The position numbers and the translations under genes are program-made. Of a DNA stretch of 48,487 nt, positions 1-9,270 are shown piece by piece (the first letter of the stretch is position 1; the number at the start of each line of letters is the position of its first letter). This DNA comes from a virus (lineage: Duplodnaviria; Caudoviricetes). The stretch covers positions 1-48,487 of IMG/VR virus record IMGVR_UViG_3300012862_000042; one strand, given 5' to 3'. The notes beneath the pieces are model-generated. The model saw nothing but the letters and a program-made list of their open reading frames with translations. It did not search any database and was not told the DNA's origin.

Positions 1-324
1 ATGCAAAGTTTCCAACATCGAGGAATTGAAACAACTAATCTCGGTATTGTAATGATCAGGAAGTCAAGTAAGATGCTCTATCTGGGCAAAGAAAAGTTGC
101 ACAGGGAAGATTACCTACCTAATCTGGAAAAGGGATTTGCAAAGGTTCATGGTGGGGAGAAGGTGTTCGAAACCAAACAGCCTAAAGCCATGCGCTCCGT
201 ACCAATGTACGACAGCAAGAACACCATAAAGTTCGTAGACCTTGACGACCCCCGTAGCAACGAGGAAATACGCAGTGCATGGAAAGAAGAACAGGAAAAG
301 AAACTGAGGTCATTGGCTTCGTAG
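1..324 (+). CDS. hypothetical phage protein (may be 5'-truncated)
   Basis: ORF at window edge, first of a tightly packed + strand run of small ORFs. Confidence 0.55.
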   Translation: MQSFQHRGIETTNLGIVMIRKSSKMLYLGKEKLHREDYLPNLEKGFAKVHGGEKVFETKQPKAMRSVPMYDSKNTIKFVDLDDPRSNEEIRSAWKEEQEKKLRSLAS

Positions 325-347
325 TAAGATAACAAAAGGAATTAGAA

Positions 348-590
348 ATGGCATATATATCAGTAGATGTCGATATAGACATAATCGACCACTTAGACGA
401 AATAAGTACGGATGAATTAGTAGAAGAATTGAAAAAGCGTAAAGCTGAAAAGGCTGTCTATAATGGCATCCATACCTACAAATTATTCGGCGCAGAATCT
501 CTTCAAGACATTATGAAAGTTGAAGCATTCATCAACAAATACAAAGACATTCCAGAGAGTGATTTAGATGCTTTCTTGGACAAGTATTAA
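348..590 (+). CDS. hypothetical phage protein
   Basis: 80 aa acidic ORF in a co-oriented small-gene run. Confidence 0.7.
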   Translation: MAYISVDVDIDIIDHLDEISTDELVEELKKRKAEKAVYNGIHTYKLFGAESLQDIMKVEAFINKYKDIPESDLDAFLDKY

Positions 591-611
591 CCCTCTAACC
601 CCCACAACCAA

Positions 612-995
612 ATGGAAAGATTAACAATAAAGGAACTCGATTCTAAAATATTTTATAGAGTAGGTACTCACAACGGAGGTGGTATGTGGTACCATCCCGA
701 TGGCAGCTTTCATGGGTCAATGAATAGTGAAGCGTTTAATATGCTACAATGCCATTCAGTAACTATGCCCTTTGATAAAGACATCGTTGGTTATTTATCA
801 GTTGCAGACAGCTTAGAAAGCCTCAAAAATTGGTTTAACGATGATGATATGAAAATCTTAGAACCTTTAGGATTTAAAATATTGGCTTATGAAGCTACCG
901 ATTATAAGCTTCATCAAAACCATTGGTTAATCAATCAAGAATCCAGCGTTTGCTTAGCCCTACCTATTGATGAAAAGGAGGTGGAAGGTGAGTAA
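612..995 (+). CDS. hypothetical phage protein
   Basis: 127 aa ORF with AACC-rich leader (caaccaaATG). Confidence 0.7.
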   Translation: MERLTIKELDSKIFYRVGTHNGGGMWYHPDGSFHGSMNSEAFNMLQCHSVTMPFDKDIVGYLSVADSLESLKNWFNDDDMKILEPLGFKILAYEATDYKLHQNHWLINQESSVCLALPIDEKEVEGE

Positions 996-1227
996 TATCA
1001 GCAACCCTAGAATGACGCATCCTGATGGTATGTACGCAGCTAAAGCTAGAAGTGAAGATTATGTATCACTACGCGACCACTTCGCAGGATTGGCTATGAA
1101 CGGTGAACTTTCGAGAATAGCGTATAATGGAAACGGAAGAACGTATTCAGATTTTAATGATTTAGCAAAGAAGTCCTACCAAATAGCCGATGCCATGCTA
1201 AAAGCAAGAAAGGAGGTTAAGCCATGA
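988..1227 (+). CDS. small phage early protein (LRDHFAGLAM family)
   Basis: Motif SLRDHFAGLAM...AYxxADAML-like, common in phage early proteins; GTG start at 988 chosen for overlap with upstream stop. Confidence 0.65.
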   Translation: MSNISNPRMTHPDGMYAAKARSEDYVSLRDHFAGLAMNGELSRIAYNGNGRTYSDFNDLAKKSYQIADAMLKARKEVKP

Positions 1228-1616
1228 GTAAAACAATAGAGGAAATAATCGCATACACCGAAGGGTTAGAAGGTTACGATTTAGTAGGCAGTCAGAGATA
1301 TTTAGCAATAGAAGTAGCCAAACGCTATGCCCAATCCCAAACACAGGAACTTACAGACTGGAAAGAATCTGCAAGTAAAGTTTTTAAAAACTTGGAATTA
1401 CAAGCTATCGGAAAAACTTTAAGTATTGGTTTAGGTGAGGATGTATCGGTGAATGTTCTGCCGAAAATTAAGGAGCTTCATGAGCAGAATGCGGAGCTTG
1501 TTGAGATGCTTAGACATGTTGTGTACGAATATGAGCAAGGTGAATCATCATATCGAACAATAATGGAAATAAAGGAACTATTAACCAAATATAACCACTT
1601 AAACAAAAAGTTATGA
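1224..1616 (+). CDS. hypothetical phage protein
   Basis: ATGA overlaps at both ends. Confidence 0.7.
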   Translation: MSKTIEEIIAYTEGLEGYDLVGSQRYLAIEVAKRYAQSQTQELTDWKESASKVFKNLELQAIGKTLSIGLGEDVSVNVLPKIKELHEQNAELVEMLRHVVYEYEQGESSYRTIMEIKELLTKYNHLNKKL

Positions 1617-1933
1617 ATAAAGGATATTTAAATAACGATGAAAAGACACCAATTCTATGGTTTAGAATGGAAATTAGAATAAAGTTGTCAGTATTTGCAA
1701 AAGCGATTACGGACTATTTTTATAATTATGGTGGATTTTTCCCCGATAAGCTTACTAAGAAAGAAGCTGAACGAATATTAAAACGTCAAGTATATAATTA
1801 TGGGACAAGTGGCGAAACGCCAGATAGGCAATTTGAAGCATCTTTTGAAGAAGGTGAAAGGTATAATTCAATTTACGATTCTGCTATAAAATGGGTTAAT
1901 ACAAATCATCCACACTTAAACAAAAAGCCATGA
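1613..1933 (+). CDS. hypothetical phage protein
   Basis: ATGA overlaps; bounded by 15-bp direct repeat. Confidence 0.7.
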   Translation: MNKGYLNNDEKTPILWFRMEIRIKLSVFAKAITDYFYNYGGFFPDKLTKKEAERILKRQVYNYGTSGETPDRQFEASFEEGERYNSIYDSAIKWVNTNHPHLNKKP

Positions 1934-2172
1934 ACGCAAAAGAAAAAGCAACGGCTATTGTTAAGCAATTTTGGATGAAGATTCCAAACCAACAAGACAG
2001 CTATCCACTATCGATTCAATGCGCCATCATCCATGTTAAAGGGATTATAGAAGAGCTGGAAAGCATACCTTTTAAGACAGATATAGGCGGTAGTCATAAC
2101 AATGAGGGATATTCAATCATTGATAAAATTCAGTATTGGAGAGATGTATTAACCGAATTAAACCAAATGTAA
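1930..2172 (+). CDS. hypothetical phage protein
   Basis: ATGA overlap with upstream gene. Confidence 0.7.
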   Translation: MNAKEKATAIVKQFWMKIPNQQDSYPLSIQCAIIHVKGIIEELESIPFKTDIGGSHNNEGYSIIDKIQYWRDVLTELNQM

Positions 2173-2180
2173 AATGGTTC

Positions 2181-2369
2181 TTAATCCTTCTTAAACACGA
2201 AATACAATATGAGTAAAATGAATACAACCGCTTGAGCAATTAAACCAATGGTTCTAACCTTTGAATAAAGAGGTATATCGTTTTTATTTTCCCATTTAAG
2301 CATGCGGAAAGATAGGTATCCAATTAACAGGAAGAAACAAATAGCTCCAATTGACTCAAGGGTATTCAT
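2181..2369 (-). CDS. small two-TM membrane protein (moron-like)
   Basis: Two hydrophobic segments; antisense to surrounding run; ATG 2369 (MNTLES) preferred over 2429. Confidence 0.5.
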   Translation of the reverse strand: MNTLESIGAICFFLLIGYLSFRMLKWENKNDIPLYSKVRTIGLIAQAVVFILLILYFVFKKD

Positions 2370-2450
2370 GTCACAATTTATAAAAAATAAAGCAATGAAA
2401 AGACAGATAAAATTTAGAGGACTCCACACCCAAGATGGAGGGCAAGAGGG

Positions 2451-3158
2451 ATGAGAAAGATATTGATAGCCTGCGAAGAAAGCCAGGCAGTAACAATAGA
2501 ATTTAGAAAATTAGGATTTGAAGCCTATTCATGTGACTTGTTGCCTTGCAGCGGAGGTCACCCGGAATGGCATTTGCAACAAGACGTAACAGAATTATTG
2601 AGCGAACATTGGGATTTGGTTATTTCATTTCCACCATGTACGGATCTGGCAGTAAGTGGCGCAAGACATTTTGAAAGGAAGATCACAGATGGAAGCCAAC
2701 AAAAGAGTATTGACTTTTTTATGATGTTCGCTAATTACCCTGGACCGATAGCTATCGAAAACCCAATTGGTATAATGAGTGGTAAATACCGAAAACCTGA
2801 CCAAATAATACAGCCTTGGCAATTTGGTGATAAAGCTCAAAAAAGCACTTGTTTATGGTTAAAAGGTTTGCCGAAATTATCCCATACTTCAATAGTCGAA
2901 AAAGGAGAGTTCTTTGAGTTTACCTCAAAAAAAGGAGAAAAGAAAAGAATGCCTATGTGGTATTACAAAGCATTACAAGAAGCTAAAACCCCAGAACAGC
3001 GAAGGACATTAAGAAGCAAAACCTTTCCCGGTATTGCTAAAGCTATGGCTGAACAGTGGGGAAATTACTTGCTTAATAATTCACAAGTTGATAAAACAAG
3101 GGTTAAAGAATTTGATCCTACACAACCATTTCGTCAATTAACGCTATTCGCATCATGA
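2451..3158 (+). CDS. phage DNA cytosine methyltransferase-like protein
   Basis: ILIACEES (variant motif I), FPPCT (catalytic PC) and IENP motifs of C5-MTases. Confidence 0.75.
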   Translation: MRKILIACEESQAVTIEFRKLGFEAYSCDLLPCSGGHPEWHLQQDVTELLSEHWDLVISFPPCTDLAVSGARHFERKITDGSQQKSIDFFMMFANYPGPIAIENPIGIMSGKYRKPDQIIQPWQFGDKAQKSTCLWLKGLPKLSHTSIVEKGEFFEFTSKKGEKKRMPMWYYKALQEAKTPEQRRTLRSKTFPGIAKAMAEQWGNYLLNNSQVDKTRVKEFDPTQPFRQLTLFAS

Positions 3159-3511
3159 CCCCACTAATATACGCAGGACTGGATAGCTACAGTAAGCTAT
3201 CCTTCCTTAACAGACAGGAAGAACCTATTATAAACGCTGTAAGCGATGTGATGGGGATAACCTTGGAACAGATTAAGAGCAAATCCCGATTGAGGGTGTA
3301 TGTTACCGCTCGTTTCCTTATCTGCCATTACCTAAGGAAATACACTAAGATGTCGCTTAAGGATATAGGCAGGGTAATAGGCAACCGTGACCATTCAACA
3401 GTACTGTATAACATTGCAACCTATGATGACTTAATGCTGTATGACCATGATTTTCGTAAGTTGTCGGAACGTGTTGAGGAAAGGTTAAGCATATACAGGG
3501 ATGTTGCATAA
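3155..3511 (+). CDS. DnaA C-terminal (domain IV) HTH protein
   Basis: SKSR...AR...SLKDIGRVIGNRDHSTVLY matches the Bac_DnaA_C signature. Confidence 0.85.
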   Translation: MTPLIYAGLDSYSKLSFLNRQEEPIINAVSDVMGITLEQIKSKSRLRVYVTARFLICHYLRKYTKMSLKDIGRVIGNRDHSTVLYNIATYDDLMLYDHDFRKLSERVEERLSIYRDVA

Positions 3512-3573
3512 ATGATTAACCAAGGAGCAATTATAACTAATACGAGTGATTTTTTGAAATATAACGTATATGC

Positions 3574-3933
3574 GTGATAACTTATAAGTTTGAACAGATG
3601 AAGACAGTAACCCAAATAAAGGATGATCTTGCCAAGGAACAAGGATATCCATCATATCAAGAATACATAAAAGAAATTAATGGAAACTTCTATTGTGCCG
3701 AAAGGCTTGAAAAGTTCTATGATGAAGTTATAAGGAGAACGGTAATGGAATCCTTGAAGAATGCGAGTGAGAATGCAAAATTAACAATAACTGAATTTAG
3801 CAAGAGAAAAGATGGCTCAATCGGTTGGAATGAGGTGACACTTAAAGATAATTTATACATAATAAATGATGGATGTAACATAGTTGCTGACAAACAATCC
3901 ATCCTTAACGAATCAAACATCCCTAGTTTTTAA
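3574..3933 (+). CDS. hypothetical phage protein
   Basis: ORF in the + strand run; start may be ATG 3598. Confidence 0.65.
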   Translation: MITYKFEQMKTVTQIKDDLAKEQGYPSYQEYIKEINGNFYCAERLEKFYDEVIRRTVMESLKNASENAKLTITEFSKRKDGSIGWNEVTLKDNLYIINDGCNIVADKQSILNESNIPSF

Positions 3934-3957
3934 CCCTAATTAGAGATAAGAAAAAAA

Positions 3958-4260
3958 ATGAAAGCATTAACAGGAAAAGCTAAGGAATCTTTTTTGAAGC
4001 ATTCCATAGGTAAAGAAATTGCATTATTTGAAACCATGTTGCCTATTTATCAGCACGCCCTAATCATCGAATGGCTAGATTCAGTTGGTATTAATGTAGA
4101 AGTTGGTTTATACCCTAACGAAGATGGAGATATTTATTTTTCAGGAGTTATTTTCGGAAAAATAGGAGGATGGGATGACCAAGAATATTATACTTCCCGC
4201 CAACAAGCAACCGAGAAAGCTATTGAAAGGGCTCTAAAAATCTTCAATGGAAATCATTAA
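3958..4260 (+). CDS. hypothetical phage protein
   Basis: 100 aa ORF, A-rich leader. Confidence 0.7.
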   Translation: MKALTGKAKESFLKHSIGKEIALFETMLPIYQHALIIEWLDSVGINVEVGLYPNEDGDIYFSGVIFGKIGGWDDQEYYTSRQQATEKAIERALKIFNGNH

Positions 4261-4271
4261 TTTTGCATATA

Positions 4272-4526
4272 ATGGCACATAAAGAGAAGATATTCAAATT
4301 AGATAATGGCAATCGTTTAAAGGTTGAAATTACATTTCACTTTGATAGTTTTAGATATGACTACGATAAATCAAAGGAAAACATGTCATACTATGCTTTT
4401 GTTACCTACTTAGAAAAGGGCAAAAAGAAAGGAATAAGAGTAAACAATGAAGATTGGTTACCCCAAATACAAGAAACTGCATTAGAACTATGGCAAGATT
4501 TTAAACCAAAATTTACACACGCCTAA
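4272..4526 (+). CDS. hypothetical phage protein
   Basis: Last gene of the + run; hairpin GCCTAAC/GTTAGGC at 4521-4539 overlaps its stop. Confidence 0.6.
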   Translation: MAHKEKIFKLDNGNRLKVEITFHFDSFRYDYDKSKENMSYYAFVTYLEKGKKKGIRVNNEDWLPQIQETALELWQDFKPKFTHA

Positions 4527-4542
4527 CCAACCGTTAGGCTAT

Positions 4543-4707
4543 CTAAACTTTCCTAATCAAAAAGAGTAACTTCCTTCTGTCCTTTGGGTGATCCTTCAAT
4601 GTTTCTCTAATAAATGATTCCGCTTCTTCCTGAGAATATTTTTCCTTTAACCAAAGAGCATGTCTCAAAATAAATTTGTTCAGATTGAATTCCCCTTGCT
4701 TATCCAT
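4543..4707 (-). CDS. 54 aa hypothetical protein (MDKQGEFNLNKF...LIRKV), below ORF-track cutoff
   Basis: Read manually: ATG 4707 to TAG 4543. Confidence 0.45.
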   Translation of the reverse strand: MDKQGEFNLNKFILRHALWLKEKYSQEEAESFIRETLKDHPKDRRKLLFLIRKV

Positions 4708-4928
4708 ATTAGAATAACAAGTTCAGATTTCATTAGTGTTAAATAAATTAAAAACAAGTATTAATACAAAAGAATGTTTCATATTGTTTTAGATTAATTA
4801 TAATAATTCATTTCAAAACTTCCGAGATTTTATAAGTTTTTTATACCAAAAAAAATATTTCTGAGCATAGATACAAGATTAATTATTTTATTTATTTTGT
4901 ACTCAAAATAAATAAAATAAGAAAGAAT

Positions 4929-5396
4929 ATGACCTTGGATGAAAGACTGGATAAATTCAATGAATACTTCCAATATAAAAAACAGCCCGAACTGTATGAT
5001 TTCGATCTATCACCAGAGAAGATAGCATATAGAAATGAAGCCCTACGAACGGGGGACAGAGACCTTTATCTAAATTATCTGACAAATAAATATTCAGATA
5101 AATTGGATAAGGAAATGGAAAGCTTTGATCTTTCGGCAAAGAACCTCGTAAAGATCGAAAGGGAATCAGCAAATGAACTTTTCAAAAGATATCAGGTCAA
5201 TATACTTAAATCAGATATAAGCTTCCTTGATGATGACGCGATTTATAGTATGTATATTGTTGACCCGGAAAAAATGGATTATCTATTGGAAGGTTATCGT
5301 GAAGATCTGATTGATGTATTTGCGCCTATTGATGAAGTTTTTCCTAACGGAAGAAATGAGATCTACCTAGACAAAAGTGGAATCTACTCAGACTAA
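4929..5396 (+). CDS. hypothetical protein
   Basis: 155 aa ORF with AT-rich upstream region and its own terminator. Confidence 0.7.
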   Translation: MTLDERLDKFNEYFQYKKQPELYDFDLSPEKIAYRNEALRTGDRDLYLNYLTNKYSDKLDKEMESFDLSAKNLVKIERESANELFKRYQVNILKSDISFLDDDAIYSMYIVDPEKMDYLLEGYREDLIDVFAPIDEVFPNGRNEIYLDKSGIYSD

Positions 5397-5420
5397 AATA
5401 TTTCCATATCTAACTATTGG

Positions 5421-5456
5421 CCCTGATGGACATTCCCGTCAGGGATTATTTTTTTA
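5421..5456 (+). terminator. Rho-independent terminator
   Basis: CCCTGATGG/CCGTCAGGG stem followed by a T-rich tract. Confidence 0.75.
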
Positions 5457-5467
5457 TTTATTTTCCA

Positions 5468-6025
5468 TATATTTGAACAAATGTCAGTCTAATAGATACT
5501 CGAAGTATCAAAACTGATAATTTGCATAGGTAAATGTGATTGAGGGTAGCACATTCAAGTGCTACTCTTTTTAAAAACTTCATAAAACCCAATAGTTTTT
5601 TAAATTGACGATTCCCTGCCGAAGAAATTTTGCAGGGAATTCTTTTTTAATTTGATTATATTTACATTTGTTTATTCATTACTCAAGCATTACATGCTAG
5701 GGAGTTCACCATCTCAACATGGTGGGCTTTTTTATGATCATTTTTTTATATATTTATCCTAAATAATATAAGTCTTTGGACTTCTGGTTAATAATTAGTC
5801 AACAAGCCTGCATCTCCAGATCGTAGGCTTGTGTTTTTTAATTATTCTTTTTAAATTTAAACATTCATTAGTCAGAGTTGATCGTGCAATATCAATTCTG
5901 ATGAAACTTCATGTTTTATTTTATGGCAGTACTTTCGGGTGCTGCCAATTTTTTAAAAGAATTATTAAAACTAACATATTAATAGATCAATCCCCTAACA
6001 AAGATATTTGTTGGGGATTTTTTTT
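5468..6025 (+). ncRNA. tandem array of about 6 candidate small RNAs (promoter-hairpin-terminator units)
   Basis: Terminator-like stems + T tracts at 5542-5572, 5611-5648, 5702-5733, 5802-5839, 5925-5954, 5989-6025; TAnnTTT(G/A) boxes at 5468, 5657/5663, 5749, 5852; no credible ORF. Confidence 0.55.
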
Positions 6026-6057
6026 AATATGGAAAAGCGGGATTATTAGGAATTTGA

Positions 6058-6249
6058 TTATTTCAATTCTTCAATTTTGTTAAGAACATCCTCAACCGAT
6101 TCAACAACTAAAATTATTTCATTAACTAACTTTATTTTCGAACCTTTTCTTTGAAGTCCTGAATTATCTGGCGTTACACAAATAATATGATCTATATTAA
6201 AGTGAATCTTATCACCTTGTTTTGTTTTTAAGGAAATGAATTTTGCCAT
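6058..6249 (-). CDS. small hypothetical protein (FlbD/SwrD-like pattern)
   Basis: Pattern FISL...IHFNIDHI...VVESVEDVLNKI. Confidence 0.6.
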   Translation of the reverse strand: MAKFISLKTKQGDKIHFNIDHIICVTPDNSGLQRKGSKIKLVNEIILVVESVEDVLNKIEELK

Positions 6250-6384
6250 GTGATTTTAAGGTTTTTTGTAAATATATACTACATTGTCCAAATTTTGGTT
6301 TACAAAATATATAAAAAAGTGTTTACTTGGATTGAAAGTTTAATTAGTTTAATAACTTTGCCGATTCACACAAACAAATAACTA

Positions 6385-8208
6385 ATGCAATTTAGAAATG
6401 ACATCCAGGGTTTAAGGGCAATAGCATTTCTATTTGTATTTATTTTCCATCTAAATCAAGATTGGCTACCTGGTGGATTTATAGGCGTTGACATTTTCTT
6501 CGTTATTAGCGGATTCCTGATTACATCCATTATTTTAAATAAGAAAGAAAAGGCTACCTTTAAATTTCAAGAATTTTATGAAGGAAGAATCAAAAGAATT
6601 GTTCCTGCTTATTATTTCCTTCTTTTATTGGTTACTATAATTGGTTTAGTTATATACCTTCCATTTGATTTGCCAGTTTTAAAGCAAACCATTAAATACT
6701 CTGCACTTTTTTTACCCAATGTAATGTTTGCGAATGGTGGTTCATATTTTGGAGCATCCCTGAGTGAAAATCCTTTACTTCATACTTGGTCACTTGGGAT
6801 AGAAATGCAGTTTTATTTCCTTTTGCCGTTATTATTAATATATATACCAAAGAAATATTTATTGAATTCATTATTATTAATTACAATTTTCATTTCGGTA
6901 TACTTCCAATATGACCTTGTTAAAAATGGATTAAGACCATCATCATATTTTTCTTTGATTGGTAGAATTCCTGAATTTCTTATTGGATCTATTCTAAGTA
7001 TAGGAATATTAAATGGTAAAATAAAAAACAACAATAAAGGATTTATTTTAGCCTCCATTGGTTCTATAATACTGATATTAAGTTTGATATTTATCAATGA
7101 AAACAGTTTATTCCCGGGATTTACTGCACTGGTGCCGTGTATGGGGGTTGGATTTATTTTAATTTCATCAGAAAACCCTATAACAAGATTCCTTTCATCA
7201 AAATTAATGGTTTTCATTGGCACTCTTTCATACTCGTTATACTTGTGGCATTGGCCAATAATGGCATTTATTAGATACAGAAATGGAGTTCATGAAGGTT
7301 ATACCTTCACAATAATGGAAATTGTCTTTATAGTCATATTTTCTTTTATATTTTCTTGGTTATCGTATAATTTCTTTGAAAAAAGATTTAGAAATCTTTC
7401 AACCAAAAAATTTATATATGCTATTTCTCCAGTTATTATAGGGATAATTGGTATAAGTTTAGCATATCCTTTAATATCAAAGAAGAATGAAATTCCTTAT
7501 GAATTTGTTTCCGCATCTTTTGCAACTACATCACACAATACCGGATTAGTTGATACGATCGGATATAAAGGAAATAAAGATTTTAAAGTATTGTTAATCG
7601 GTGATAGCCATGCCAATGTATTAAAGCCGGCATTTGATTATGTTGGAAAGAAAAACGGAATTTCGATAAAAACGCTGACCAATGATAGTTTTCCATCAAT
7701 TGAAGGAATCGACAAAGAAGAAATTAATTCAAGCGAGCTGCAATTTTATAATAATGCAGTTTCCTATATTCCTATTACATCTTCACTTATTGATTCAAGT
7801 GATGTAATAGTTTTGGCAACAATTGGATTTGAAAGATATAAGAGTTTGTCAAATGCAGTTGATCAATTGGCAAAGAATATAAGACCCGATCAGAAGCTAA
7901 TTCTAATAAATACTTTCCCATTGATAGATAAGAATCCATTGAGAATATCAAACGGGATTAAAAAAGTTGGCATTAATGATTTTATACTTATTGATAAATC
8001 AGAAAACTCAAAAATAATTGAAAAGATAGTTAGGAATTATAATAATGTTATAGTGCTTAATATCTGGAATAGCCGAATTTTTAAGGATGCCCCTTTCTTA
8101 AGGGACACCTTGATTTATTATGACGATCGGCACATCAACAAAAGAGGATCTATTGAGTTAGGGAAAGATTTGGAAAAGGAAATTTTGAGAGCTATTAAAC
8201 CTCTTTAA
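6385..8208 (+). CDS. AT3 acyltransferase + SGNH domain, OafA/OatA-like O-acetyltransferase (lysogenic conversion moron)
   Basis: RNDIQGLRA, GVDIFFVISG, HTWSLGIEMQFY, SYSLYLWHWP; C-terminal GDSHA and DDRH SGNH motifs; low GC. Confidence 0.92.
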   Translation: MQFRNDIQGLRAIAFLFVFIFHLNQDWLPGGFIGVDIFFVISGFLITSIILNKKEKATFKFQEFYEGRIKRIVPAYYFLLLLVTIIGLVIYLPFDLPVLKQTIKYSALFLPNVMFANGGSYFGASLSENPLLHTWSLGIEMQFYFLLPLLLIYIPKKYLLNSLLLITIFISVYFQYDLVKNGLRPSSYFSLIGRIPEFLIGSILSIGILNGKIKNNNKGFILASIGSIILILSLIFINENSLFPGFTALVPCMGVGFILISSENPITRFLSSKLMVFIGTLSYSLYLWHWPIMAFIRYRNGVHEGYTFTIMEIVFIVIFSFIFSWLSYNFFEKRFRNLSTKKFIYAISPVIIGIIGISLAYPLISKKNEIPYEFVSASFATTSHNTGLVDTIGYKGNKDFKVLLIGDSHANVLKPAFDYVGKKNGISIKTLTNDSFPSIEGIDKEEINSSELQFYNNAVSYIPITSSLIDSSDVIVLATIGFERYKSLSNAVDQLAKNIRPDQKLILINTFPLIDKNPLRISNGIKKVGINDFILIDKSENSKIIEKIVRNYNNVIVLNIWNSRIFKDAPFLRDTLIYYDDRHINKRGSIELGKDLEKEILRAIKPL

Positions 8209-8238
8209 TTATTTCTTTCTAACCCCAAAGACCTAAAA

Positions 8239-8997
8239 CTAAAACTCCAAAATCCTATATTTAAGGCTAACCAACGGCCTCCATTGCTTATTTACCATGT
8301 CATAGTAATAACCCGCCCCAACCCGAGTACGTCCTACACTCAATCCACCATCAACGCCTAAATTCAATCGATTAGTATAGAATCCACTTGCATTCAGATC
8401 AAACTTCACATTATCGGGCTTAGGCTCAATCTTAACCCTTTTAACACCATTGATTGTTGCCCGTGGGTCAGCTATCCAAAAGTCAATATAGTTCTTCTTA
8501 CGCCCTAAGAACCACTCCTTTTTCCAGTATTCGGCATAATTAATCTCCGCGTTATAGGTAAAGTTGAATGTTCCCTTGCCAAATGTATCCTTTGGACTTA
8601 TGAATTCAATTGATGCATATTTATCCTTGAAGGAATAGCCTGTATCGTTGGATTCAGCAGGAAGATCCTTTGCTGCAATGGTAGTGTTGTACTGTCTCCA
8701 TTCCTTGAACTGTTTGCGCTCAATAGCAAGAAGGTTTCGGATACTATCCAATTCCCGTTTTGAAGAATCATTAAGTTGGCCAATGGATCTAATAATATTT
8801 TCCTTGTCGTCAATTACAGCGTGTTCATACCCCTTTTTATCGATATTCTTATTGACGTTATCCACTGTTGCCTTTACGGCCTCCTTTATTTCGGGTGGTA
8901 TTTCAACTCTGACCTCCTTTTCATTTGGAAACCAAACAATCTTAATGATAAGGATAGCTACTACCGCTATCAGAAAATTTGTACCTAAATTCTTCAT
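8239..8997 (-). CDS. lysis-module membrane protein, candidate spanin-like
   Basis: N-terminal TM, coiled-coil, C-terminal amphipathic beta strands ending in F; downstream of endolysin. Confidence 0.55.
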   Translation of the reverse strand: MKNLGTNFLIAVVAILIIKIVWFPNEKEVRVEIPPEIKEAVKATVDNVNKNIDKKGYEHAVIDDKENIIRSIGQLNDSSKRELDSIRNLLAIERKQFKEWRQYNTTIAAKDLPAESNDTGYSFKDKYASIEFISPKDTFGKGTFNFTYNAEINYAEYWKKEWFLGRKKNYIDFWIADPRATINGVKRVKIEPKPDNVKFDLNASGFYTNRLNLGVDGGLSVGRTRVGAGYYYDMVNKQWRPLVSLKYRILEF

Positions 8998-9266
8998 TTT
9001 ATTCCCTCCATCTTTAAGGAATCAATAACCTGATCTCTATTTTTAACCTGGGCATCCTTGAACATAACCGCCTTAGTATATTCATCCAATTGTTTTTCCA
9101 ATTTGTCCACACGTAGTTTTAGATAATCAATCTGTGCATTACACGCATGAAGGCTATCATCACTTCTATTGTTGTAGGCGGTGACGAAATATGTTGCAAC
9201 TCCGGTGATTATGATTAACGCATACGTTAATGGGCTTTTCAAGGCCAGTCTTATTTGTTCGTTCAT
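8994..9266 (-). CDS. holin/spanin-like TM + coiled-coil protein
   Basis: Single N-terminal TM then heptad repeat; adjacent to endolysin. Confidence 0.55.
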   Translation of the reverse strand: MNEQIRLALKSPLTYALIIITGVATYFVTAYNNRSDDSLHACNAQIDYLKLRVDKLEKQLDEYTKAVMFKDAQVKNRDQVIDSLKMEGIK

Positions 9267-9270
9267 CCCC

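Noticed and set aside
5421-6025. CRISPR array
   Set aside because: The hairpins differ in sequence, there is no conserved repeat, and no cas genes are present
5829-6083. 84-aa ORF
   Set aside because: TTG start inside a terminator stem; runs through two further terminators
8598-8813. Nested o-spanin (Rz1-like)
   Set aside because: No signal peptide or lipobox cysteine
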